Part shown: one piece after another, positions 9,775 to 18,475 of the stretch
Layout: the number at the start of each line of letters is the position of its first letter
How positions within the stretch are numbered: the stretch's first letter is position 1
Source: Methanococcus maripaludis
Lineage (GTDB): Archaea; AGJL01; Methanococci; Methanococcales; Methanococcaceae
DNA: 32,000 nt
Reading direction: 5' to 3'
NCBI RefSeq assembly: GCF_002945325.1
Contig: NZ_CP026606.1
Coordinates: 390,001-422,000, forward strand
Made by a program: the position numbers and the translations under genes
Notes under the pieces: generated by a model
The model's database searches: none
Seen by the model: only the letters and a program-made list of their open reading frames with translations
What the model was told of the DNA's origin: nothing

Positions 9775-10065
9775 ATGGGGGCACTATCAGAATATCTTGA
9801 ATTAAAAAATGAATCATACCTTATAAGTGAAGAAGTTTCAAGAGTTTTAAAAGATCGAAAAAGAACCAACTCTGAAAAACGAGAAATTGTAGAGAAATTG
9901 CAAAAGAAATTAAGGTCGAAAAAACAGAAAATTAAGATCTTGCATGATCGAGTAGTTGAATACTACGTGTTTCCAGGAACGCTTATTATTTTAGCGTATT
10001 TAGCGTTTCAATTTTCAGAATACATTACGGAAACGCTGATTGAAATTTTAATGAAATTTATTTAA
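9775..10065 (+). CDS. Small protein: charged coiled-coil N-terminus with C-terminal transmembrane segment
   Basis: GGGG ribosome-binding site before ATG; KDRKRTNSEKREIVEKLQKKLRSKKQKIKILHDRVVEYYVFPGTLIILAYLAFQF. Confidence 0.65.
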   Translation: MGALSEYLELKNESYLISEEVSRVLKDRKRTNSEKREIVEKLQKKLRSKKQKIKILHDRVVEYYVFPGTLIILAYLAFQFSEYITETLIEILMKFI

Positions 10066-10124
10066 ATTTTTTTTAAATTCAATTTAAAAATCAGAAAAAA
10101 AGAAATTTTATTTTTTTTAATAAG
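10066..10124. terminator. Convergent U-rich terminator region
   Basis: T tracts on the plus strand (ATTTTTTTT) and A tracts (AAAAATCAGAAAAAAAG) between two convergent genes. Confidence 0.35.
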
Positions 10125-13100
10125 TTATTCAACAACTTTATGTCCATTTTCTGTCCATTCGACCATGATTGGTCCTTCTGGCAACTCATCCAAAGTTTTA
10201 AAGTATTCTAAAGCAGCTTGTGTTCCAAGTCTATCACTTCCTGCAATATATACAATTGTGTAGCTTTGAACAATTTTTCCAGTGTTGTCTTGAACTTTTA
10301 ATACCTGAATTATTCCTTTATTTTCTCCAGGGTAGTCATTTGAAATTGGCATTTCAAACTGGTCGTTGTATTCTCTAGCAAAGCCGTTTGATAACGGTCC
10401 ACCAACAATTACTGCATTTCCAGAAATTTTGTAACCGTTTGCATTTTGTATTTTTTCTCTTAATTCTTCAGCATATTGCTGATCGATTTCGTTTCCATAT
10501 ATAACAGATGCACTTGAAACGAAGTTTTTAATTACTTTTGATTCGATTTCATCTGAAATGTCTGAATCGTAGCTTCTTCCGCCACTGCCACCGGATGATC
10601 TTGATGTTGCAACGTAGTTTCCAATTTCGTTTCCATTCCACATGTCGATTAATGGGGCAGTATCATTTTCCAAATAATCGATATCATAATAATCTTCACC
10701 ATAGGTTCTTTCATAGTCACATCCGTAAATGTAGTAAGTGTCCCCAATTCCGTTTCCATCCGTATCTGTTCCGCTGTAATCAGACCAGTAGTTTCCAAGG
10801 ATGTTGCTGTAAGTATTTCCATTGTAATTATATTCAATTTCAAAAGGACTTACTAAACTGTTGTTTACAGTTGTGTTTGGCATTATTCCTGAAATATCTG
10901 TCGAATTTCCAGTGTGAATAAAGTTATTTAAGTAAATATTACATCCTGTGATATTATCTCCAATAATAATTGGGTAGTCGTCTGCATAAACCGTATTTTG
11001 GGTGATATTTGAATATCCTTCGCAGTAGTTGTCAAGCCATATTCCCACTTTACTTGCAAGAACGGTATTGTTAAATACTGTTGCATATGCATCTATTCCG
11101 TAATCATAGTCCCCATTAGGGTCAATTGCATAGTAGCTTGCATTTATCACAGTGTTTGAAGAAATTAACGTGTACTGTCCGCGGGTCCAGATATGATCTT
11201 GGACAATGTTTGAAGATATTGTGTTATAGCCCCCCCCTGCTGAGATATGATCTTGGACAATGTTTGAAGATATTGTGTTGTAATTTCCTTTTAGATATAT
11301 CATATAATCTACATTATTGGATGAAATTGAATTATTATCCCCATAACTTTCAATACTATTATCGCCATGAGTTGATTCTGAACCTATAACGTTTGAAGAG
11401 ATATTATTATTGTTTCCATAACTTGCTAGGGCATAATCTACGGCATTGGAATAAATTTTGGAGTCGTATCCCCAGTAAAGAATTAAATATGCAGTGTTAT
11501 TAGAAATTGTATTATTCAATCCCCAAGGGAAATACCTATTAACATACATTGTGGATTTTACAATGTTTGAAGATATTGTGTTGTAATTACCGTTAATTTC
11601 GACATTGTATGCAGTATTTGAAGATACATTTGAATTTGAAGCTTTTATGTAAATACTGCTCAAAGTTATTACATTTTTAACAGTTACGTTTTCAAACATT
11701 TCAGTATTCGAATAAACTGCGTAACTTTCAGAATTAGTTATAAAATGGCCGTTTCCATCAAACGTCACATTGCTTGAATCGATTAAGATACTGCCGCCAT
11801 TTGTTATATTTTCATCTAACACGTAAGTTCCAGGTTTTGTTATTACATATCCATTTTCACTATCAACATCATCCAAAGTTATGTGGATTATTCCATTTTC
11901 ATCCACCATACTAAATGGTTTTGCAAGTGGATATGAATCGTTTACTGAATCTGTTATTATGTAAGGAATACTCCAGATTCCTTCATTAACGTTTGCGTTA
12001 GTTTCGTTGTAGTCGGACCAGTAGTTTCCAGCAATTGTACTGTAAGTTGTTCCATTGTAAGTGTATGAAACATTGAGAGGACTGTTTAATGTAATACTTT
12101 CATTTATACCCCTATTCCAACTACAATTTATAAAATTATTTAAATAAACGTAAGTTCCAGAACAGTTGTAATCAAAAGCCAGCGGTGCTAGAGATACATT
12201 TTCAAAAATATTCTTAAATATTCTTGAATTTGTAAAGTTTACCCCATATCCTGGCACAGCTATTCCTTCAAATTTATTTTTTGAAATAGTAATGTTGTCC
12301 ACATCTAATGCAGAAATTCCGTAAACAAGACTACTTTCTGACACTTTGAAAGTATTTCCTGTAAATTCACAGTTTTCAGAATTGTAAATGGATACGTAAT
12401 TCTCATAAATAATGTTCGGGTTTATTGTACAGTTCTCAACAAAAACTCCTGTTGAATCCGCAATACTAATCGCTATTGCTTTTTCATTAAAGTTTATATT
12501 TGAAATCTGGGCGTTTGTACAGTTTACAAGTATAACCTGTCCTGCATCGCTTGGAATTTCGCCAATATTTTCCATATTTTTATAAAAATAAAGTTTTTTA
12601 CCATTTATAGTATTTCCAGAAAGTGTATTTGAATATATTGAAACGTAGTAACAATGAATTCCTGACGTTAACGCGTTATTTTCAACGGTTAAGTTGTATC
12701 CATCCATATTAATAGAATAATTCGAATTTATGACATTGTTAGCTACCAAACAGTTGTTTGCCCCAATAGAAATTCCCCAGTAATTTAATAAGTTTGTGAT
12801 TGTATTTCCAGTTATTACAGAATTGTTTCCGTCAATTTCTATTCCATTGTAGCCTGCAGTGATTGTATTTCCCGAAATTGTGATATTTTCAGAATTTTCG
12901 TTAATACAAATTCCATCACCAATATTTGATGAGATTGTATTTGCAAAAATTGTAATATCTGCCCCCGTTATATTTATTGCAGAGGCATTTTCACCAGACG
13001 CATATAAATTAACATTTGTAATTGTGATATTTTTGTGACCTGATGCCTGTATTCCGTTATTTGATGTAACATTTAAAAAGTACCCCTGTCCATTCAGCGT

Positions 13101-13301
13101 TACATTGTCTGAATTGATTTCTATTCCACCTAAATTTGTAATATCTTCAGTTAAATTATATATTCCCGGCTCAGATATCATTTTTGCCGTATCGTAATTA
13201 GAATTATTTATATTGTAATCTATTGGAACGGTTTCTGCTGAAACAAAACCAATAAATGAAATTAGTATCGTTAACATTATGAGTTTTTTTAGGGTTGTTA
13301 T
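10125..13301 (-). CDS. Secreted right-handed beta-helix (NosD/pectate-lyase-like) surface protein with C-terminal S-layer-type module
   Basis: Signal peptide TTLKKLIMLTILISFIGFVSA; many N-x-I/V-S-x-N-x-I repeats (e.g. GYNTISSNIVQDHI); C-terminus NAVIVGGPLSNGFAREYNDQFEMPISNDYPG...TIVYIAGSDRLGTQAALEYFKTLDELPEG. Track start 13340 would translate the SD; 13301 is the proposed start. Confidence 0.88.
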   Translation of the reverse strand: MTTLKKLIMLTILISFIGFVSAETVPIDYNINNSNYDTAKMISEPGIYNLTEDITNLGGIEINSDNVTLNGQGYFLNVTSNNGIQASGHKNITITNVNLYASGENASAINITGADITIFANTISSNIGDGICINENSENITISGNTITAGYNGIEIDGNNSVITGNTITNLLNYWGISIGANNCLVANNVINSNYSINMDGYNLTVENNALTSGIHCYYVSIYSNTLSGNTINGKKLYFYKNMENIGEIPSDAGQVILVNCTNAQISNINFNEKAIAISIADSTGVFVENCTINPNIIYENYVSIYNSENCEFTGNTFKVSESSLVYGISALDVDNITISKNKFEGIAVPGYGVNFTNSRIFKNIFENVSLAPLAFDYNCSGTYVYLNNFINCSWNRGINESITLNSPLNVSYTYNGTTYSTIAGNYWSDYNETNANVNEGIWSIPYIITDSVNDSYPLAKPFSMVDENGIIHITLDDVDSENGYVITKPGTYVLDENITNGGSILIDSSNVTFDGNGHFITNSESYAVYSNTEMFENVTVKNVITLSSIYIKASNSNVSSNTAYNVEINGNYNTISSNIVKSTMYVNRYFPWGLNNTISNNTAYLILYWGYDSKIYSNAVDYALASYGNNNNISSNVIGSESTHGDNSIESYGDNNSISSNNVDYMIYLKGNYNTISSNIVQDHISAGGGYNTISSNIVQDHIWTRGQYTLISSNTVINASYYAIDPNGDYDYGIDAYATVFNNTVLASKVGIWLDNYCEGYSNITQNTVYADDYPIIIGDNITGCNIYLNNFIHTGNSTDISGIMPNTTVNNSLVSPFEIEYNYNGNTYSNILGNYWSDYSGTDTDGNGIGDTYYIYGCDYERTYGEDYYDIDYLENDTAPLIDMWNGNEIGNYVATSRSSGGSGGRSYDSDISDEIESKVIKNFVSSASVIYGNEIDQQYAEELREKIQNANGYKISGNAVIVGGPLSNGFAREYNDQFEMPISNDYPGENKGIIQVLKVQDNTGKIVQSYTIVYIAGSDRLGTQAALEYFKTLDELPEGPIMVEWTENGHKVVE
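11189..11279 (-). repeat. Near-identical direct repeat pair inside beta-helix gene
   Basis: AGATATGATCTTGGACAATGTTTGAAGATATTGTGTT at 11189-11225 and again at 11243-11279 (54-bp period); the spacer contains C8 (G8 on coding strand). Confidence 0.9.
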
Positions 13302-13550
13302 AATGATCCCTCCGTTTAGCCATATATTTAAGTTATCCAATTTATTGATGATTATTTATATAATTTTCTTTTTAATGGGGAAATAAAGAGTAATTGATTA
13401 TTTTGATGCCTGTAAAGACTCTTAAAATTAGAATTTAAACAAAAAAATAGATATTGGTGAAATTATAAGGAATAACTTAAGGTAAATCTTTAAGAATTTT
13501 AAAGTGATATTAAAGAGTAGATTACTTTTAAAAGAACTATGGTGTATATT

Positions 13551-13985
13551 ATGAATAAAAAAAGTTCAATTTCTGATGAAAAATTATGCGAATTAATGGA
13601 AATCGTTGAAAAAAGATATGGAAAAGTGCCATACATTATTGAAAAAATGAAAAATAATCCAAAACTTTTGGAATCAAAAATCAACTATGACGAGGCCGTC
13701 GTTGATGATTACAAACATATTGACTCAAAAACCGCCGAATTGATTTCTATTGCAGTTGTTTCCGCTCTTGGATGTGAACACTGCATCGAATTTCATATCG
13801 AAGCTGCTAAAAAAATGGGAATAAGTGAAGAACAAATCATGACTGCGGTTTTAATTGCTGGATCCCTATCTAATGCCGCAGTTCTTTCAAAATCCACCCG
13901 TGCACTCCAAAAAGTAAATAATATACTAAAATACGATGAAAATAGCCTTAGCTGTCCAGAATGCAATATTTCAGGAACAAAATAA
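13551..13985 (+). CDS. Carboxymuconolactone decarboxylase / AhpD-like family protein
   Basis: AELISIAVVSALGCEHCIEFHIEAAKKMGISEEQIMTAVLIAGSLSNAAVL; CxxC...H AhpD-like signature. Confidence 0.85.
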   Translation: MNKKSSISDEKLCELMEIVEKRYGKVPYIIEKMKNNPKLLESKINYDEAVVDDYKHIDSKTAELISIAVVSALGCEHCIEFHIEAAKKMGISEEQIMTAVLIAGSLSNAAVLSKSTRALQKVNNILKYDENSLSCPECNISGTK

Positions 13986-13996
13986 ATTTTTATTTT

Positions 13997-14767
13997 TTAC
14001 TTTTTTGAAAATTTTGCATCAACTACAACGTGCCAGACTCCCGGAGAATACTTTTTTATTTTATTAATCTTATATTCATCCAATTTATAGCCGTTCTTTT
14101 CTGCATGGTATTTTAAACGCTCGATCGGGCGGGATTCTAAAATATTTTCGTGAACTGTTTCGTGGTAGTGAATTACTCCACCATCTCTTTTAAGTATTTC
14201 AAAAGCCTTATCCAAAAATTTATGCGTTTTTAAAACATATCCCATCGAAATCCGGTCTGCAACATTTTTCAAAGGAAAATCCCGATTATCTCCAAGAATA
14301 GGAACTACATTGTCCAATTTATTTAATTTTATATTTTCAGAAAGGTAATAATAAGAATCGGGATTTAATTCAAGAGCATAAATTGTTTTAGGGTTTGAAT
14401 ATTTTGCAATTGGAATTGTAAAGTATCCAATCCCTGCAAACATATCAACTACAACTTCCTCACTGCTTGAAAGAGTACTTATTCGTTTTCGCTCTTCTAA
14501 ATTTCCCATACTCCACATTATTTTTGATACATCGATTTTAAAGAGACAGCCATGTTCCTTGTTTACTGTTTCTGTTTCAGATCCATGAAGTACTTTTATT
14601 TTTGGAGTTCTCAAATCTCCCGTGATATATGTATTATATTTTACAATAGTTTTACATTTTGTCTTATTTACTAAATAATCGATTTCGTTATCGTTTAAAT
14701 TCTTTTTAACGATTAAAATGTCGCCTATTTTTTGATACTTTATTTTTTTAAAATCCATGTCATTCAC
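13997..14767 (-). CDS. taw2: Trm5/TYW2-family class I SAM-dependent transferase, probable wyosine-pathway Taw2
   Basis: EHGCLFKIDVSKIMWSMGNLEERKRI...VVVDMFAGIGYFTIPIAKY...ALELNPDSYYYLSENIKLN...GDNRDF...GGVIHYHET. Confidence 0.75.
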   Translation of the reverse strand: MNDMDFKKIKYQKIGDILIVKKNLNDNEIDYLVNKTKCKTIVKYNTYITGDLRTPKIKVLHGSETETVNKEHGCLFKIDVSKIMWSMGNLEERKRISTLSSSEEVVVDMFAGIGYFTIPIAKYSNPKTIYALELNPDSYYYLSENIKLNKLDNVVPILGDNRDFPLKNVADRISMGYVLKTHKFLDKAFEILKRDGGVIHYHETVHENILESRPIERLKYHAEKNGYKLDEYKINKIKKYSPGVWHVVVDAKFSKK

Positions 14768-14819
14768 GTAAATTATAATTAATTATTAATCTAAATTTAA
14801 AAATTAAAAAGAGAAATAC

Positions 14820-15338
14820 TTATTTTCCAAGCGCTTCTGCAATTTTTAATCCAAATTCTTTTGCTGCGTCGGGATTTCGTCCAGTAATTATGTTTCCATC
14901 TAAAATTACAGCTTCATCAAGATAAATTGCCCCATTTTGCTGTAAAACTTCAATAGATTCGTCATCAGGGAACACTGTTGCTTTTTTACCAGCCAATAGT
15001 CCCGCCTGTGCAAGAACTGCTGGTGAAATACAGATTGCAGCAGTAATTTTTCCCATGGCATTAAATTCTTTTAAAAGTTCAAGTAATTTTTCGTTGTTCC
15101 AGAGGTAATCTCTTGAACCCCCTCCACCAACAATAACTATTGCATCGAAATCATCTGGATTTACTTCCCCAATTGTTTTTGTCGTGGTCATTACTCTACC
15201 CAATACGCCTTTGTGCTGTCCCGTTGTTGTTGAAACTACCTGTGTAGCGATATTTTTACTTTGAAATACCTGTAAAGGTTCAAAAAGTTCTTCATCCCTA
15301 AATTTTTCTGGCGCAATAACCATTACAATAGCCACCAA
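14820..15338 (-). CDS. DJ-1/PfpI family protein
   Basis: APEKFRDEELFEPLQVF...DAIVIVGGGGSRDYLW...ITAAICISPAVLAQAGLLAGKKAT; AAAGGAGGGAT ribosome-binding site then TTG/GTG start. Confidence 0.9.
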   Translation of the reverse strand: MVAIVMVIAPEKFRDEELFEPLQVFQSKNIATQVVSTTTGQHKGVLGRVMTTTKTIGEVNPDDFDAIVIVGGGGSRDYLWNNEKLLELLKEFNAMGKITAAICISPAVLAQAGLLAGKKATVFPDDESIEVLQQNGAIYLDEAVILDGNIITGRNPDAAKEFGLKIAEALGK

Positions 15339-15453
15339 AATCCCTCCTTTTCACTTCAATATCTAAACATATATACCTTAATTTATAAAAACGTAAATAA
15401 TGTAAATTCAGTCTACGATTAAACATAACAATTCTTAAATTATTTGTGAAAAA

Positions 15454-15750
15454 ATGAGCAATAATTCAGTAAAAGCAGATTATAAAAAATTAATGATTTC
15501 CATCGTATTAGATATTGTTGGTATGGCTACATATTTAATCCCAGGACTTGGAGAATCAGGCGATTTTGTTTGGGCTCCAATATACGCATTAATTATTAGA
15601 AACTTGTACCATTCATCAATTTTAGGATTTTTTGGTGGATTTGAAGAACTTTTGATTGGAACAGACATAATTCCATCTGCTACAATCCTGTGGATACTCG
15701 AAACGTTTGGAATTATTAAAAATAAGGAATTTCAAGAAAATTACAAATAA
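15454..15750 (+). CDS. Conserved small membrane protein
   Basis: KKLMISIVLDIVGMATYLIPGLGESGDFVWAPIYALIIRNLY..; two hydrophobic segments, tightly spaced with the downstream gene. Confidence 0.6.
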   Translation: MSNNSVKADYKKLMISIVLDIVGMATYLIPGLGESGDFVWAPIYALIIRNLYHSSILGFFGGFEELLIGTDIIPSATILWILETFGIIKNKEFQENYK

Positions 15751-15759
15751 AGGGAGATA

Positions 15760-16173
15760 ATGGATACCGTTTTTAAATATATAGATGAAAATTACCAGAA
15801 CCTCAAAAATAATAAGCTAAAGATTGCAGAACTTGGAATAGGATTTTATTTTAACAATGCCCAAAAATTAAAAGATTCAGGCTTTGACGTGATCGTTATA
15901 GATATAAACAAAAATTCAGTTTTAGATGCAAAAAATAATGGATTAAATGCATTTTACGATGATTTATTTGAGCCAAATTTTGAAATTTACAAAAATATTG
16001 GATTAATCTACTCGTTTAGACCTCCAAGAGATCTTCAACCATTTATTTTAAAAATTGCCAAAAAATTAAACTGTGATTTAATTATAAAAGCCCTCAGCGG
16101 TGAAGAGCCAATTGAAGAGTTAAAACTCGTAAATTATCAGGGAAAACCAATTTACGTTTGGAAAGGGGATTAA
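15760..16173 (+). CDS. UPF0146 family protein
   Basis: KIAELGIGFYFNNAQKLKDSGFDVIVIDINKNSVLDAKNNGLNAFYDDLFEPN...LIYSFRPPRDLQPFI; GGGAG ribosome-binding site. Confidence 0.75.
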   Translation: MDTVFKYIDENYQNLKNNKLKIAELGIGFYFNNAQKLKDSGFDVIVIDINKNSVLDAKNNGLNAFYDDLFEPNFEIYKNIGLIYSFRPPRDLQPFILKIAKKLNCDLIIKALSGEEPIEELKLVNYQGKPIYVWKGD

Positions 16174-16174
16174 A

Positions 16175-17017
16175 ATGGATATTTTAAAAGAACTTCCAAT
16201 AACGGACAATCACATCCATATCGACCCGATAAATGGTCTTGGGCCAGAAAAAGTTGCAAAAACTTTTAAAAATGCAGGCGGTAAGGTTATGATTATACCA
16301 AATAAACCTGCATTTAGTACCAATTTAACTAAACCAATGGATGAAATGCTTTCGATAATTGAAAAAGTAAGGGAAAATGGAATAATTGCATTTGGAATTT
16401 TAGGGGTCCATCCTGCTGAATTAACCGTAATGCTCAGAAATGGAATCGAACTTGAAACTGCAAAAAATTACATGATAGATGCACTTGATTATGCAAAAAA
16501 TATGGTTTTAGAAAATGAGTTTTTAATTGGAATGGGTGAAGTTGGAAGGCCCCACTTTGAAGTTGAAGAAAAAATATGGGATGTTTCAAATGAAATTTTA
16601 AATTATTCGATGGAAATTGCAAAAGATATCGATTGTGCAGTTCAAATCCATGCTGAAAGTGCATCAAGAGAACAGTTTAAAGAATTTTCAGAAATGGCAA
16701 AATCAGTAAAACTTTCTCCAAAAAAAGTAATAAAACATCACTCTTCAGACATGGTTTTAGAAGGCGAAGAATTTGGAATTTTTCCATCAATCGTTGCTTC
16801 AAAGCCAGTTGATACTGCAATTGAAAAATCTAATCGATTTTTGATGGAAACAGACTACATTGACGATTTAAAAAGGCCAGGTGTTGTTCTTGGAATAAAA
16901 ACGGTTCCAAGAAAAACTAGACAGTTGCTTGAAAATGAAATAATTGATGAAGAAATTTGTTTTAAAATCCATAAAGAAAATGTAGAAAAAGTTTATGGGA
17001 TTGAAATCGATTTTTAG
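16175..17017 (+). CDS. TatD-related archaeal metal-dependent hydrolase
   Basis: [67 protein letters not shown]. Confidence 0.85.
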   Translation: MDILKELPITDNHIHIDPINGLGPEKVAKTFKNAGGKVMIIPNKPAFSTNLTKPMDEMLSIIEKVRENGIIAFGILGVHPAELTVMLRNGIELETAKNYMIDALDYAKNMVLENEFLIGMGEVGRPHFEVEEKIWDVSNEILNYSMEIAKDIDCAVQIHAESASREQFKEFSEMAKSVKLSPKKVIKHHSSDMVLEGEEFGIFPSIVASKPVDTAIEKSNRFLMETDYIDDLKRPGVVLGIKTVPRKTRQLLENEIIDEEICFKIHKENVEKVYGIEIDF

Positions 17018-17706
17018 AATGGAATTAAAAGATCAAGTATCCTATCCCCAATTATTGGAGTTACTAAGTAAGATAGTGTTATTGGAATAATAAGTGGAAT
17101 TTGTGGCGTAACCCATATTTCTTCTTCATCATCATATTTTGAAAAGTCTTCATCGTCAGATGTAGGGAAAAAGTTTATCTTATCATTTTGGCCCATTATC
17201 AACCTTTTCTGCTCTTTTGCAACATTAACTTTCATTTTTTCTCCAAAAAACATTAAAATAACTTCTTTACCGGTTTTTGGTCTTGCACCATTCAAAATAT
17301 TTCTAAATAAAATAACAAACGGCAAAAAAACCATGAAAAATATGCCGTTTATGAAAACCATTATCGGAAAATTTGGTACGTAATTTAAGTTTAAAAGGGT
17401 TCCAAGGGAAGTGTATATTGGCATCTGGAATTTTGGAACTAATGCACCAAGCCCGATTAGTATTTTTCCATCCCCTCCGCCAATACCTGATAAAAACATC
17501 ATATATCCTAGAATAAAGCAGATTACAAATCCCGAAATTGAATTTATCAAAATTGAATAATTTGAAAGCGTAAATGATGTATAAATTGCAAATAAAACAC
17601 CAAATACTGCTAAAAAAATCCAGATGTAGTCTTCAATTTCTCGACTCCTAAAATCCTGAACTGATGCTAAAAGTAATCCGAGTACTCCAATGATGTATTC
17701 TATCAA
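17014..17706 (-). CDS. flaK: Preflagellin (archaellin) peptidase FlaK, A24 family
   Basis: [17 protein letters not shown] (first Asp motif), [19 protein letters not shown] (GxGD motif), [12 protein letters not shown]-terminus; 230 aa. Confidence 0.93.
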   Translation of the reverse strand: MIEYIIGVLGLLLASVQDFRSREIEDYIWIFLAVFGVLFAIYTSFTLSNYSILINSISGFVICFILGYMMFLSGIGGGDGKILIGLGALVPKFQMPIYTSLGTLLNLNYVPNFPIMVFINGIFFMVFLPFVILFRNILNGARPKTGKEVILMFFGEKMKVNVAKEQKRLIMGQNDKINFFPTSDDEDFSKYDDEEEIWVTPQIPLIIPITLSYLVTPIIGDRILDLLIPF

Positions 17707-17749
17707 ACTATCGCCCTTTAACGTTAATTATCTATAAATTATATCAAAA

Positions 17750-18352
17750 CTATTCCTTTCTCACATTTAAGGATTTTAAAACCCTGTATCCGCCAGATAT
17801 TGTAACTGTTTCAACATTTCCAAAAATTTCTTCCATATATTTAGCAAGTGACTTTGCACCATGTTTTGTTTGGATAACTACCCAAATTGATCCATTTTCA
17901 TTTAAAAGATCGTGTCCTTTTGAAATAATTTTGTGTATTAAATCTTTTCCTGCTTTTATAGGGGGATTTGATATAATTACGCTGTATTTTTTATTGTTTA
18001 CTTTTTCAAATAAATCCCCTTGAAAAACTTCTATATTTTTTTCAGATTTTCCATTTAATTTTATATTTTTTCTCGTCAACCCTACAGAACGGTTGTTTAA
18101 ATCAGTCATTGTAACCGAATTAACTTCATCTGCAATAGAAATACCTATAACTCCGTATCCGCATCCAACATCTAAAACATCGTCGTCTTTTGAAACTTCT
18201 AACTCTTCTACAAGTATTATGGTTCCTTTATCAATTTTTTTCGGTGAAAAAACTCCACTATCCGTCTTAAATGAAAATCTTTTTCCCCGAAGCATTCCCG
18301 AGATAGTAGACTCATCATGTTTTGAATCAGGATTTTCTGAAAAATAATGCAT
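17750..18352 (-). CDS. Class I SAM-dependent methyltransferase (RsmC-like)
   Basis: DDVLDVGCGYGVIGISIADEV, YSVIISNPPIKAGKDLIHKII (NPP motif). Confidence 0.82.
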   Translation of the reverse strand: MHYFSENPDSKHDESTISGMLRGKRFSFKTDSGVFSPKKIDKGTIILVEELEVSKDDDVLDVGCGYGVIGISIADEVNSVTMTDLNNRSVGLTRKNIKLNGKSEKNIEVFQGDLFEKVNNKKYSVIISNPPIKAGKDLIHKIISKGHDLLNENGSIWVVIQTKHGAKSLAKYMEEIFGNVETVTISGGYRVLKSLNVRKE

Positions 18353-18378
18353 GGCATTTCAACTCTTGAATTTAATAT

Positions 18379-18392
18379 CCTAAATATTTAGG
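18379..18392. promoter_or_regulatory. 14-bp perfect palindrome CCTAAATATTTAGG upstream of the argF TATA box
   Basis: Direct reading; followed within a few nt by CTTTAAATATA (about 18397-18407), about 70 nt upstream of the argF ATG. Confidence 0.4.
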
Positions 18393-18475
18393 TATACTTT
18401 AAATATAAGATGTATATTAAATTTTATCTTCAACATGTATTTTTTGATTGTTTTGATTTTATTAGCGGTGGTACT

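Noticed and set aside
10538-10921. 127-aa plus-strand ORF and neighbours inside the beta-helix gene
   Set aside because: Translation of repetitive antisense DNA (His/Phe/Arg-rich), no plausible start signal.
13341-13538. Imperfect dyads (AAGAGT...ACTCTT and AAAGAGTAGATTACTTT) upstream of the AhpD-like gene
   Set aside because: Short arms in AT-rich DNA, expected by chance; nothing ties them to a promoter element.
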